From NCBI GenBank assembly GCA_963796965.1, contig CAWCNS010000005.1, positions 544,001 through 608,000 of the forward strand: a DNA stretch of 64,000 nt. Reading direction: 5' to 3'. Made by a program: the position numbers and the translations under genes. The first letter of the stretch is position 1; every line of letters starts with the position of its first letter. The notes under the pieces are model-generated. The model was not told the origin of the DNA and ran no database searches. It saw only the letters and a list, made by a program, of their open reading frames with translations. Positions 41,814 to 55,200 of this stretch are shown here, piece by piece. This stretch comes from Calditrichia bacterium. Its GTDB lineage: Bacteria; Calditrichota; Calditrichia; JAJRVZ01.

Positions 41814-42097
41814 AATAGAACGCGGATGAACTCGGATGACACAGATTTTCGCAGATTTAATTTTAAAGTATTTTGAATTAATCTGATTTAGTAATACAAT
41901 CAATTTATAAATGATTGACTCAAATTAGATTCTAAAAGGGATTTGATATCTTTGTAACCCGGAATTCATCAAAAGAACTACAAAGATCATCTGAGAAAAG
42001 AGAAAATGCGAGAAATCATTCTTATATCTTCTCTTACATCATGTATAGATCAAATATCCGATAGAATCCGTGTCATCTGTGTTCTCCGCGTTCTATT
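41814..42097. repeat. Inverted-repeat element, ACGCGGAT family, between convergent genes
   Basis: AATAGAACGCGGATGAACTCGGATGACACAGAT... / ...ATCCGTGTCATCTGTGTTCTCCGCGTTCTATT. Confidence 0.85.
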
Positions 42098-42104
42098 TTA
42101 GCAC

Positions 42105-44354
42105 CTACTTCACCAGCATCATCTTCCTACGCATACTATGGTCACCAGATTTGAGCACATAATAATAAGCACCACTGGAGAATCCTGAAGCGTTCCACTC
42201 AACAGTGTGTAATCCCGCCTGTTGCGATTCATCTATAAGCACAGCCACTTTTTGACCAAGTAAATTATAAATAGAGAGTTCAACAGAACTGGTAACTGGT
42301 AATTGATAATTGATAATTGTCCTTGGATTAAAAGGATTTGGATAATTCTGGTATAACTGAAATGTCGTAACAACCTTAAGATCTTCTCCTTTGATGAGCC
42401 AGAGGACCCAGACCACCTTCAAAAAACCTCATCGTTCGTGTCATTATCGCCCTTCTACTCTCCAGAGGATATATTGTCTCAAAGGGTATGGACAAATGAA
42501 CCAGCCTGCCTGCCGTATTTCCTTCCGGAAATACACCCTCATAAGCAATACCCGCTGATTTAAAATCATTTGTACCCATTTGATAAGTCAGAACGTCTAT
42601 TCCGCCACTTGCACCCTCCATAACATCAGGATAGTCAACATCAAAAGTTCCATGGGTCCCATCATCAAAATTGATTATTCCAACCCCTTCAAAGAGACCA
42701 TATTGTACCGGTTCCGCCTTATAATAGGTCGCCGGCAATCCGCCAGGGGCATCTTCCTGATACCTGGACTTCAGATAATGACGATAAAAATAAGCATCGG
42801 GAATCCCGCCATTTTCAGCCAGGTCATAACCTATCTCAGATCCTGAAATAAATAAATTACCACCACTATCCAAAAATGACATAATCGCTCTTTGTTCATT
42901 CAAGGTTAAGGTTGTATCATGAAAACTCTCATCTCCCAGAATCCATATAACCGTCTCATAATCGGAAAGTATAATACGATTGCTTTCAACAGCCTCATTG
43001 AGAGCATAGGAAAAAGAATACCCGCTATTTATAACAGGATCCGTATACTCCTTTATATAGTCTGCTCTGGTGTTTGTTGAACGGTCGAAACCATTTACAA
43101 TCAATACTTTAGATGGATCTACAGAAGGGACAGCAGCAAGCAAATGTCGGTTAGGTCCGGAAGAAGCACTGTCATTGACAGAGGCTACTCTAAAATAATA
43201 CAAGGAATCGTTATCCAACCCGCTAAGGATTAATCTATTAGATGAATCGTTACAGAATCTGTATAAGTTTATCCCATCACGACTTATCATAACCATATAT
43301 CCCGTTGTTCTTTTAGTCGGTGCAATATCGACCTTAAGGCACCAGGAAGCCTGCCAGGTTAGGTTTATATTATCAGGAGTTCCCGGGGCTTTTGGATCGA
43401 GATGATATCGGCAAAAATAGTCATATTTTTATTAACCGTGACATCTAATGAGTCTTTCAGATATCCTTCAGACTCAAAGAATAACGTATACTTTCCAGGT
43501 ACAACCGCATCAAAAAGAAAAAAACCATTATTATTTTGATCACCATGATATACAAGATTGCCTGGCTTAAGAGTGACTTTAAAATCATTCAGAGGAAGTT
43601 TATCATCATTACTGGTTGGAAGATAATAATAATCGACGTTTTTTTCGATATCCCTTATAATTCCGGCGATTTCGCCAAAAGAAACGTTCCCCCATTAAAA
43701 TACTTTAAAAATGATCTGGCAATGGCCCAGGCTTCATGTTTTCTGTAATCACTATTGGTTAGTCGCCAGGACTCCGGCAAATAATCATGATGGGAACCCT
43801 CAGATATGGTTGCCGGCATGATTGTTCCCCGTAGGACACCATATCCGGAGGTGCCCCATTCAGGTCGAAATGACCAGTCTCCCCGGTTAGACCAATGTGA
43901 TGTCCTATGGGCATCATATAATTCAACAGCCATGATCTCGCCCATAACCTTAGCATCATCAAACCAGGGATCATTATCATATCCACGATACAGCATCAGG
44001 GTTGAATTATGCGTACCATTATATCCGTTACTATGAATAGAATTGAAATAGTCTGCATTGCTTTCATTGGCAACCGCCACTCTTTCAGAAAGACTTAAAT
44101 CATCAATATCTCCGTCGTTACCCTCTCTTGTAAGAATAACGGTCGCACCTAATCCCTCAAGAATATCCCTGAGATAGAATGCTTTTTCCAGATTAGACTC
44201 AGATTCCCAAAACCCCGTTGCCGCCATATAACGATCATCAGACTCATAGCCACCATGGCCGGGATCGATGCAGATCTTGGCGCCGGTTAGGGATTGTGCC
44301 TGGATTGAAGCGAGAAAAAAGAAGAGAGAAGAGAGAAGAAAGAATTATTCGCAT
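42105..44354 (-). CDS. Secreted N-acetylmuramoyl-L-alanine amidase (Amidase_3) with Fn3-like and C-terminal sorting domains; several indels
   Basis: ICIDPGHGG, E...NL, SIHSN, ISEGS.H motifs; tail LYQNYPNPFNP...KMMLVK. Confidence 0.82.
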
Positions 44355-45292
44355 TATTCAGCACTCCTCTCATAGGATACGTGCATCAGATAGATTTCAC
44401 CTTTATCCGAATGAAAAGTGATGCGCTGACCATCAGGAGACCAGTTTGGATGGAGGGCAATCATATCATCATTAGTCAGGAGATATTTATCATTCCCACT
44501 CAAATTTGAAATATAGATATTGGAAGAGGTGTATTGATGCCCATCATCATGGTCAACCATATAGAGAATCCATTGTCCATCAGGAGACCATTTTGGGGTA
44601 TGAGCATATCCTAATTCATGAAGAATATTACCATCCAGATCAGAAATAAATGTACCCCTGCCGGCAAGAGTAAACAGAATATTTTTTTGATTTGGGGAGA
44701 AAGAGGCCCAAATATAGTGACCTTCACCCAAGGATTGCAGCTTCTTTGAAATATTATTTCTATATATATACAGGTCCAGATCCTTTGTATATACAACGGC
44801 TTTTTCAATTGATACAGATTTACTCACTTGATGTGATTTGAGATCTACAACCTCAAATTGGGGATCTGTTTGAAATATTAACCTCTGATCATCTACCAAT
44901 GTGGGATTTATAACCTGATTTTGTCCCGTATCTATTCGATGCTCTAATCTCTTCTCTATATCAAGCTCAATAAGAAACGATTGTCTTTTACGGTTTTTAT
45001 AGGAATTTTCTCTGAAATATATTTTTTTTCCATTCTCAGAGAATACTGGTCGATACCCTGCACCATCTGCCTTTGTAAGATAGTGCTGTTCTCGTGAGTT
45101 AAGATCATAGGAAAAAAGACCTTTATAAGTGGAAGTCGTATAATAAAGTTTGTTTCCATCTGGAGAGAATTGGGGATAAAAATACAATCCATCGTCTGAA
45201 TCGGTAATTTTGTCTTCAGATACAACTTCCCAGTTCTGGGCCATTCCTAACCCAATCAAGGTTACTATCATCACAGCCAAGCGAATAAACAT
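44354..45292 (-). CDS. TolB-like PD40 beta-propeller protein, exported
   Basis: Signal peptide; PQFSPDG, PKWSPDG, PNWSPDG repeats. Confidence 0.85.
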   Translation of the reverse strand: MFIRLAVMIVTLIGLGMAQNWEVVSEDKITDSDDGLYFYPQFSPDGNKLYYTTSTYKGLFSYDLNSREQHYLTKADGAGYRPVFSENGKKIYFRENSYKNRKRQSFLIELDIEKRLEHRIDTGQNQVINPTLVDDQRLIFQTDPQFEVVDLKSHQVSKSVSIEKAVVYTKDLDLYIYRNNISKKLQSLGEGHYIWASFSPNQKNILFTLAGRGTFISDLDGNILHELGYAHTPKWSPDGQWILYMVDHDDGHQYTSSNIYISNLSGNDKYLLTNDDMIALHPNWSPDGQRITFHSDKGEIYLMHVSYERSAE

Positions 45293-45520
45293 TATCTAAA
45301 TCCTGATTTTTTTTAATGAATAGTTAATTACACGAAGCACCGCAACCTCCTCCAAAAAAAAATATTCAATATTCAGCACGGAACATTCAATTTTCAAGTT
45401 TAAGAACAGGAAATTCTTGTAAAGACATCTAAAACAAATTATAGCCTTGCCTGCCCTATACACCATCCCTAATAAATTTCTTCTCCTCTGCGTCTTTGCG
45501 TCTCTGCGAGAAAATAAATA

Positions 45521-48413
45521 CTACTTTATCAGCACCATTTTGCGTTTCATCATTTTTGTCCGGAACGCAGGATGTAAAAATAGGTACCTGTCGCAAGGTA
45601 TTGTCCATTGAACTGGACAGTATAAGCCCCCGGCATTAGTTTTTCGTCAACCAAAGTTGCAACAGCCTGACCAAGGACATCATAAATGACTAGGGTTGTT
45701 GGATTTGTTTCTTTAATCGAGAATTTAATCTTCGTTATCGGATTAAAGGGATTGGGATAATTTTGGTCAAGAAAAAATTCCTCCACCACGGTAACCTCAT
45801 CTACCTCAATGGGCAGAACCGGTCTTTCACCCTCAAAAAAATCAAAAATCCGATCCATCACATCCATGCGTTTCTGCACAACAACTATTGTCTCAAAGGG
45901 AAAACTAAGATGAACAAGTTTTCCGGGAGTTGAACCGCTTGGGAAATTTCCCTCATAAGCAATACCGGAGACACCCTGGGTTTCGATCGGGTCAATTTCT
46001 TTAAACTTTAATACATTTCCTGCACCGCCAGCAGCCCAAATAGCATCAGGCCAGTCCACATCGATGGTCCCATGAGTACCATCATCAAACTGAATATCAC
46101 CAAGGCCTTCAAAGATACCCCGTTCTACTTCACGGGCGATGTAATAGGTCCCAGATTCACCCTTTGGTGCATCATTGATATACTTTGCCTTCAAGTAATT
46201 TCTATAGAACTGTACATCCGGGATGCCCCCACTGTGTTCCAAATCCCATCCGATTTCTGCTCCGGAGACAAAAAAGTGTCCACCTCCATCCAGGAATGCT
46301 TTCACTTTAGCCTGTTCTGTTGGATCAAAGGTATGATCGGCTGTACTTTCATCTCCAAGAATCCAGATTACTGTTGAGAAATTCTTGCAGGGAAACTTTT
46401 CCGGCAATAACCGACTCATTCATCATATAGGAGAAAGGATAGCCCCTTTCATTTACCGGATCTGCATAAAAGCGGATATAATCATAACGGGTATTGGTTG
46501 CCCGATCAAATCCGTTTACGATAAGAACCTCGTGCGGATCAGATGAGGGTACCCCGGCAAACAACCTTTGGGTAAGTAGGTGATGATCCCCCACTGTTTT
46601 TTGCTTTTACTTTTAAATAGTAGACAGTATTCTCATCCAATCCCGGAATAAGAATCTCATTTGTATCAGCAACAACTGAATCGATAAAAGTTGTTCCATC
46701 CAGACTGATCATTGCCACATACTGTGCGGCCCGGTCGGCCGGATCACACAATACTTTTAACGTGGATCCATCATGATTTAATACCCGCACATGATCAGGG
46801 GTGAGCGGCGGTGTCTCTATGGGCGAAATCTCAGGGATTGAATCTGTTTTGAAAATATTTGAATTGGCAGATTCATTCCAATAACGGTCCAACATCGTAG
46901 CAGCATAATAATAATAAGGACTATATTCCTGAATATCTGAGAAGGTATCCGTATAGGTAAAATTACTATTCCCAAAGCGGCGATAAATAATCTGATCTTC
47001 ATTCTGATCGACGGTTCATCGGTCGAACGATAGATAGACAAACCAATGATCTTCTGTCGTACCAGCCGGCGGATTAACTACAATATAATATTTTAAAGAA
47101 TCCAATTTTGTTACAGACAAGATTGGGGATTCAGGAGAAGTATTGTCGATTAATCCCGTATCACGGGTTTTAGTGATAGTGGGAAACATTTTACTTTTAG
47201 CATCTAACCAATAATTATGATCACGCCATTGTCCATAGCTAAAAAACTGAAAACCATCTGTCCAGGCAACATCACGGCACCGTTCAACAACAGAGGGATG
47301 ATTATCCCAAACATTTTCCTCATCAAACCGGTAAGATCCCGGCCCAACGGTATATAGTCTTCCTGCATTTATACCAGTCTGACAGGGCTCTTTCCAGCAT
47401 TCATCGGTTGCACAATCACCCTGGAGCATGCCATAAAACCCATCGGCAGTAAGCCAATGATAATGCATCGGTGTAAGTTGATCAATATAACCTTCATTAA
47501 ACCATAATGCGGCATCCTGAAAAACAATATCGTAGCCATTCCAACCAGACCAGTTATATTTTCCAAGCGCAGCTGGTGATAATCGAATCCAGGGTTTAAC
47601 AGCCTGAATCGAATCATGTAATGTTTTGACAAACTTTGTCACAGAGTTACGCCAAAAATCTTCCCAGCTTGCCGAGCCATCAGGCACCCCACCATCTTCA
47701 GGATGATCCTCATCCCAGAGATAGCGATCCATGGGATAATTGATCAAATAATCTTCCTGTTCGGCACTTATCATGCCATCAAGCATACGGTGACTCTCTG
47801 GATTATTCGCTAATTTATATTTTCCCGAAATGGTATATTCATTCCAGCGGACATAGTCCAGATGAAAACCATCAATATCATAATTATTGACGATTTCCAT
47901 GGCCACATTAACCGTATAAGCACGAACAGAATCCAGGCCGGGAGAGAATGACGCAATATTTGATGGCATTAAATTACCTGAGACATCCCGGCACACCCAG
48001 TTGCGATGCTTAACAGACGGCGGCAAAGGATCCAGTGTATCATCATCTTCAGAAACATGAAACACATTGAACCAGGCATGCAGTTCCAATCCCCTTTTAT
48101 GGGCTTCTTCAATGGCATAGGCTAAAGGATCATATCCGGGATATTGGTAACCGGCATAGTATCCCCAGGGCTCATATTGTGAATCATAATAAACAGCCCC
48201 ACCCTGTCTTACCTGCCAGAGGACGGCATTCATATTTGCCTTTTTTACATTATCGAGAATCTGTCTCACACTGGCTTTATTTTCCTCAGCCGTATCATAG
48301 CGGTTAATATGTTCCCAGGTAATTACCCAAACTGAGCGGAATTCATCATTATTTCCGGAAACAGCGCCTGTTACAAATAATAAAACCACAAGTAAAATCA
48401 TAGCATACTTCAT
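45521..48413 (-). CDS. Secreted GHL10/DUF187 glycoside hydrolase-like protein with Fn3-like and C-terminal sorting domains; several indels
   Basis: EFRSVW, QVR, YDPL...EEAHKRGLELHAWFN, YDIDGFHLDY; tail LDQNYPNPFNP...KMVLIK. Confidence 0.82.
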
Positions 48414-48850
48414 TCCATTACCCTTCAGTCAATAAATTCTAATCTCTAATATCCGAAATATGTCCAAATATCAAATCCCAATGTCCAAATATCCTAATTC
48501 CAATTTCCTAATTATCCCGATTAAGAAATTTCATCCAGATTACTTATCGGGACAAAATCCTACCGGATTTAGCAAAATGTTAATTTATACATAATTATAA
48601 TTCGAAACTGTGACAAAGTTCGTATTTTTGGAAATTATTTTACGAAAATCTCGCGCAGCGACGCAACGACGCAGCGATATTGTACAAAAAATCCATCTTA
48701 AAATTCTTATTATATTTTATAATTTTAAAATATTAATAATAATTATATAAATAATTCGTGTAAATTAGTGGAATTCGTGGATAAAAATCTTTTGTTCTCT
48801 GTGGCGTTGCGGCGCTGCGTGAAATAAAACAACACCGAAAAATGAAAGAT

Positions 48851-49356
48851 ATGGCAATGAATAGAAAAAAACTTATCCCCAACAACGACCAAGCTGGGAT
48901 GAATATTTCATCAAATTAGTGGATGAAGTCGCCCTGCGTGCTACGTGTGACCGGGGGCTAAGCGGGTGTATTATCGTAAAAGATAAACGGATCCTCTGCA
49001 CCGGCTATGTGGGATCTCCCCCGGGCTTTGCCCATTGCTATGAGGCCGGCCATCTATTGAAAAAAATAATCGATGATGATGGAACGGAAAGACAACATTG
49101 TGTCCGCACCATTCATGCGGAACAAAACGCCATATGCCAGGCTGCACGGTATGGCATTTCACTGGATGGTACAACTTTATACTGTACAATGGAACCCTGC
49201 AGGGTTTGTACGATGCTCATTATCAGTGTAGGAATAAAGAAAGTGGTTGCAAAAAAACGCTATCATGCAGCGCTGGAGAGCAGAGTCCTATTGCAGGAAG
49301 CGGGAATCCCACTTGTGGTCATAGAGGATTCAATTGAAGAATATGAGAATCAATGA
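48851..49356 (+). CDS. dCMP/deoxycytidylate deaminase family protein; indel near the start
   Basis: RPSWDEYF, ATCDR, HAEQNAI, PCRVC. Confidence 0.9.
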
Positions 49357-49887
49357 CCTGAAGGCCTTTAGCATAAATCAATTATCTCTCGCAAAGGCCT
49401 GCCCCGCCAGATGCGGGCAGCGCAGAGACGCAAAGGTTTATTATTAAATGAGTAATGTAGATATTAATAGACTTTTTTTAATATTATTTCTATCATTTTA
49501 AAGATTTGTATATATATATTTCTTTGCGGCTTAGCGCCTTTGCGAGAAAAATTTCTATATACATAAAGTTAATTATTTGAGATAAATGATTCCTACTTTT
49601 CTTACCTGGAATATTTTTCAATTTACCCTTATGTAAATTTTTACAAATTTTCCGGTATAAATGGTTAAATTATGGGAATTTAATTGATGCTTGATTAAGT
49701 TTATACCCTTTTGAGCAGGATGTTCAATTTTAATTCAAAATGGACTACAACTTGAAGGGGAAAACGATGTGCTTTTAGATCAACCTTTTGAGTTGTCGTC
49801 CATTTCATGCAGATCTACAAATCAAATAAATAAAATATTAAAAGAAATTGTATCAATAACCATCAGAATTTAATCTAAACAGAAGAA

Positions 49888-51073
49888 ATGAATAAAACGC
49901 TTGTTAAAATAACCCTTTTATTCACCAGTAGTTTGACAATCATGGCTGGTGCCACGATTGCTCCATCCTTACCACAAATTGAGCAGGTTTTCTCGAATCA
50001 TCCACAATCGGAGATTTTGACGAAATTAATATTGACAATTCCGGCCCTTTTTATCACTATTGGCGCCCCCCTCGTTGGCCTGTTAATTGATCGATATGGC
50101 CGGGTGAGGATGTTATTGGGATCTTTATTATTATATGGTTTCTCTGGTACATCGGGCTTTTTTATGGATGATATATATGCATTATTGATTGGGCGGGCAT
50201 TTTTGGGTATCGCCGTTGCCGGGGTCCTGACGACAACCATTACATTAATAGCCGACTATTTCACAGGTGAGGAACGCAACGCATTTATGGGGTTACAGGG
50301 TGCGTGTGTCGCATTAGGTGGCGTTATATTTATTACCAGTGGCGGGCTTTTGGCTGAGGTAAGCTGGCGGGCACCGTTTTTGATTTATCTGGCCGCTTTT
50401 TTCATCTTCCCGGCTGCCTATTATTCACTATCTGAACCTGAACCTGTAACAAAAGAATCCAGAGGACTCTGCCATTCGTGAAGACAACTACCAAAAAAAA
50501 TTGGTGGTTGTTATTTATTTGACGGCTCTGGTCGGTATGATGCTTTTTTACATCATCCCTGTACAAATACCTTTTTTCATCAAGGACCAGACCGGCGTCA
50601 GTAATACGCTAATTGGATTGGCCATTGCCTGCTCCACGCTATCATCGGCAATCGTTTCGCTTAATTATAAAAGAATCCGGGCAAAATGGCGTTTTTCTAC
50701 TATTTATTTTTTCTCTTTTCTTTTTCTTGCTATCGGTTTCTCAATAATTTTTATGGTCAATTCATATATTATGATCGTATTAGGACTCCTCATCGGAGGA
50801 ATAGGAATGGGTGTCCTGATTCCAAATTCAAACATCTGGGTTGTTACACTTTCACCCGATTCAATGCGTGGACGGATCGTAGGAGGGTTAACCACATCAG
50901 TTTTCATTGGACAATTTATATCACCGATTGTCACAGAACCTGTTCTTTTGTTAACATCAGCAAATAAAATATATGCCATTGCCAGCATTGGGATGTTTCT
51001 AATAGCTTTCGCCTATTTAATTTATACCATTTTCTCAAACAGGCAACATGCAATTTCTCATTCTGGGGCATAG
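49888..51073 (+). CDS. MFS transporter; indel near 50465
   Basis: GLLIDRYGR motif A, GRAFLG, LIADYF.G.ER; two 6-TM halves. Confidence 0.9.
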
Positions 51074-51103
51074 AATTAATTTATAATTCGTAAAGGTAAA
51101 ACA

Positions 51104-52243
51104 ATGAAAATCAAAAGTTTTCTAATACCCGTAATCATCATCATTGTCAGTATTTTCATTACAATTTTTTTATTCTCACTAAAAAGTGATCAACCTAAAA
51201 CAGCGGCCACTCCAAAAGAAAAAATTGTCGATATCACTGTTGTCCAGTTAGAGGATATATCCTCCGAGTTGAACGGTCTGGGCAAACTCACATCTGCGCA
51301 ACCGCTGGTGCTCTTCAGTGAAGTTTCAGGTATTGTTCAAAAAGGTAATATTCCATTTCAACCGGCCCAGTTTTTTAACAAAGGAGATCTCATTGCTGTA
51401 ATTGATGACCGGCAAATTAAATTAGAGATCAACAGCGCCAAAAGCGACTTCCTGAACGCTCTCTCCTCTGTTCTACCAGAAATAAAAGTCGATTTCCCGG
51501 AGGAATTTAGGGTATGGCAGGATTATTTCGACCAATGTGATGTTTACTCTTCCCTTCCTAAACTTCCAGAAGCTCAAAACCAGAAAATCAAATTATTTTT
51601 GAGCCGCTTCAATGTTTATAAGCTCTATTTTATGATACGGAATTTGGAAGTTCGACTGGAAAAACATTATTTCTATGCACCCTTTGCCGGATCAATTATA
51701 ACTGCTGACCTGCGTATAGGTTCTACAGCAAGGAACGGAAGCCGTATAGGAGAGGTCATCAACCTTGAAAACATGGAGGTAGAAATTCCAATCCCCGCCG
51801 CTGATATAGAGTGGATTAACAGTAAAATGCCGGTTACCCTGACCTCCACAGAGTTGAATAAAGAATGGCAAGGTAAAATTGTACGCATTGGAAATTTCAT
51901 AGATCCAAATACTCAGTCCGTATCCGTATTTGTCCGACCGGAATATTCTGCGATGAAACAGCTCTACGAGGGCATCTTCTTAAAAGCAAAAATTCCCGGA
52001 ATTATTGTAAAAAATGCCTTTTCGATACCCCGGAAAGCTCTTTATCATGAAGGTTATATCTATTGCATTAAGGAGGGGCGCCTTGATTACCGGAGTGTTG
52101 AAATTGCCAGGTATGAGACTAATTCTGTAATTATTTCCGGGGGATTAGCAAGCGGCGATACTGTTGTAACAGAGGTATTACAGGGAGTGGCAAGTGGAAT
52201 GATAGCCCGCCCAAAAAAGAATTCTGGCGGGGAGATTAACTGA
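51104..52243 (+). CDS. RND efflux periplasmic adaptor (MFP)
   Basis: N-terminal anchor, SEVSG, APFAG, GLASGD.VV. Confidence 0.88.
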   Translation: MKIKSFLIPVIIIIVSIFITIFLFSLKSDQPKTAATPKEKIVDITVVQLEDISSELNGLGKLTSAQPLVLFSEVSGIVQKGNIPFQPAQFFNKGDLIAVIDDRQIKLEINSAKSDFLNALSSVLPEIKVDFPEEFRVWQDYFDQCDVYSSLPKLPEAQNQKIKLFLSRFNVYKLYFMIRNLEVRLEKHYFYAPFAGSIITADLRIGSTARNGSRIGEVINLENMEVEIPIPAADIEWINSKMPVTLTSTELNKEWQGKIVRIGNFIDPNTQSVSVFVRPEYSAMKQLYEGIFLKAKIPGIIVKNAFSIPRKALYHEGYIYCIKEGRLDYRSVEIARYETNSVIISGGLASGDTVVTEVLQGVASGMIARPKKNSGGEIN

Positions 52244-55200
52244 TGAATAAAGCAATTACCTTTCTTGTTAAATATCCCATCTGGTCAAATGTCGTACTTT
52301 ACAGTATTCTCGGTTTTGGAGTGATTGCTTTATTGCAGATGCGTTACTCCTCATTTCCAGAGGTGCAGTCAGGTATTGTTACGATTCAGGTCGCCTATCC
52401 CGGCGCCTCCCCTCAGGAAGTTGAGGAGGGTGTTGTTCTCAAGATTGAGGAAAACCTTGAGGGCATTGAAGACATTGAACGAATCACATCTTTCTCACGG
52501 GAAAATTTCGGGACGGTGAATGTTGAAGCCATCTATGGCGTCGATATTGACCGCGTACTTGCCGATGTAAAAAACGCGGTGGATCGTATTAATTCCTTCC
52601 CACAGGGCAGCGAAAAGCCTGTTGTTTATGAAATGAAATTTCGTAGCAGAACCCTTTCTGTAGTTCTATATGGTGATACCGATTTATTTAATTTGAAGGT
52701 ATTCGCTGAAAACCTACGTGAGGATATTTTCAGCTAATCCTGGCATTTCTCAGGTATCCATAACAGGATTACCAAATCCGGAAATCTCAATTGAAGTCTC
52801 AGAATCAGATATGCGCCGGTATCAGCTCACTTTTAATGAGATAGCTTCGGCCGTCCGATCCGCTAATACAAATATATCCGGTGGAAAATTTGATACCCGG
52901 GATGAAGAAATTCTGATCCGGGCTTACGGAAGGAAGTACTATGCAAAGGAGTTGGAGAATATTCCCGTTCGTGGTAATCCTGATGGAACGATCATCCATT
53001 TAAAGGATGTCGCTAATGTCGTAGAACGATGGGAAGATATCCCCGATAAATCATATTTTAATGGCAGAAACTCTGTTGTTTTGAGTGTTGATAAAACGGC
53101 GGATGAAGATATTCTCGATGTCTCGCGTTTAACAAAAGAAACAATCGAAAGATTTAACCAGGACAATCAACAAGTCGAAGCTGTTCTTACTAGATGACCG
53201 AACCGTATCCCTGAAGCAACGTTTAAATCTTCTTAAAAACAACGGGCTTATCGGACTAGGATTGGTTATAATAACGCTTGGATTCTTTATGAATCTAAGA
53301 TTATCCATGTGGGTTTCAGTCGGAATTCCTTTTTCTTTTGCCGGAATGTTCATCGTGGCAAATATGGCAGGTATCACGATTAATTCCATTTCAACATTTG
53401 GAATGATCATTGTCGTGGGTATTTTAGTAGACGATGGCATTGTTGTCGGAGAGAATATATATGCCCATTATGAGCGTGGAAAATCAGCGATTCGTTCGGC
53501 CATTGACGGCACATTGGAAATGATTGCCCCTGTTTTCACCTCGGTGATGACGACGATTATCATCTTTTTACCATTTTTCTTTTTGGAAGGATTTTTGGGT
53601 AAATTCATCTGGCATATGGCCTTAGTTGTAATTGCGTCCTTGGCGTTTTCTCTTGTTGAGGCTTTCATCATTTTACCCGCCCATCTGGCACACTCCAAAG
53701 GCCTGCATCCGCATAAAGAAGATCCCCCCATCAGAAAAAAGATAGAAAAGTTTATTGCCTTTATAACCCATAAAATGTATGCCCCTTCGCTAAGAGTGGC
53801 GCTTCAACATAAGTGGATTACCCTAACCATCCCAATTGCTTTTTTAATTATCTCCATCGGATTGATCGGTGGCGGCGTTATTGGTCTCACACCGTTTCCC
53901 TATATTGATGGTGACACCCTTCCCGTCAATGTTTCCCTTCTTTCAGGTAGCCAGGAAGCAGACACTGATTCTCTCCTGGCCCATATTGAACGCGTTTGCT
54001 GGGATGTAAACTCCGAAATGCGTCAGGAGCGCGAAGATGGCAGAGACCTCATCCTGGGCATCCGCAGAGAAATTGGAAAAAATGATTTTGGTGAGGCAGG
54101 CAGCAATACCGGAAAACTTACCCTGGAGTTACTCGACGGTGAGACGCGCAACATCGAGAGTTTTATTATTGCCTCACGAATCCGCCAAAAAGTGGGTCTG
54201 GTCCCCGAGGCTAAAAATATCACTTTTGGACGGCAGGGATTTTTCGGCAAACCCATTTCTATCAGTCTGTTGGGGAATAATCTGGATGAGTTGAACCGGG
54301 CAAGAGATATGCTAATTGCAGAATTGGAAAATATGCCCGTATTAAAAGACATTACAGATTCTAATCAGGAAGGACGCAGGGAACTTAATATCCGGCTCAA
54401 ACCACGGGCCTATGCGTTAGGACTTCGCCTGAGTGATATTGCCGGTCAGGTGCGGCAAGGCTTCTTTGGTCAGGAAGTACAAAGGATCCAGAGAGGTCGC
54501 GATGAAGTTAAAATATGGGTCCGTTACAGACCCGAGGACCGTTCGGCCCTGGGTTTCTTAGATCAAATGCGTATCAGAACCCCTGCCGGGAAAGAATATC
54601 CATTCAGCGAATTAGCTGAATATACGATTGAGCGGGGTTTAATTGTCATTAATCATCTGGACAAAAAGCGGGAAATTAAAGTTGAAGCGAATCTGGCAAA
54701 TGAAAAGGATGATTTGCCACCAATATTATCAGAAATCAGTGATAATATTATACCGGTGATACTTGCCCAGGTAGCCGGGGTTCAGGTTTCCTACGAAGGA
54801 CAATCAAGAAGCAGGGAAAAGGAAGCAAGTTCCATGCAGCGTAGCTTTCCCCTGGCATTTTTAGGAATGTTTATTCTTATCGTGCTGGTTTTTCGCTCTA
54901 CAATCCAGGCTGCATTAATATTTTCTTTAATTCCGTTAGGAATCATTGGCGCAATCTGGGGACATGGCATCCAGGGTGTGCAACTTTCTTTTTTGTCTCT
55001 CTATGGAATCCTCGCCTTATCGGGTATTATTATAAATGACAGTATTGTGTTTGTCGATCAAATTAACCGCAATCTACGGAAGGGACAAAAAATAGTTGAT
55101 GCCGTCTATCATGCCGGGATATCACGTTTGCGCCCTATTTTATTGACGACCCTTACAACATCTTTTGGTTTGGCCCCTATCATTCTGGAAGGCAGCCGTC

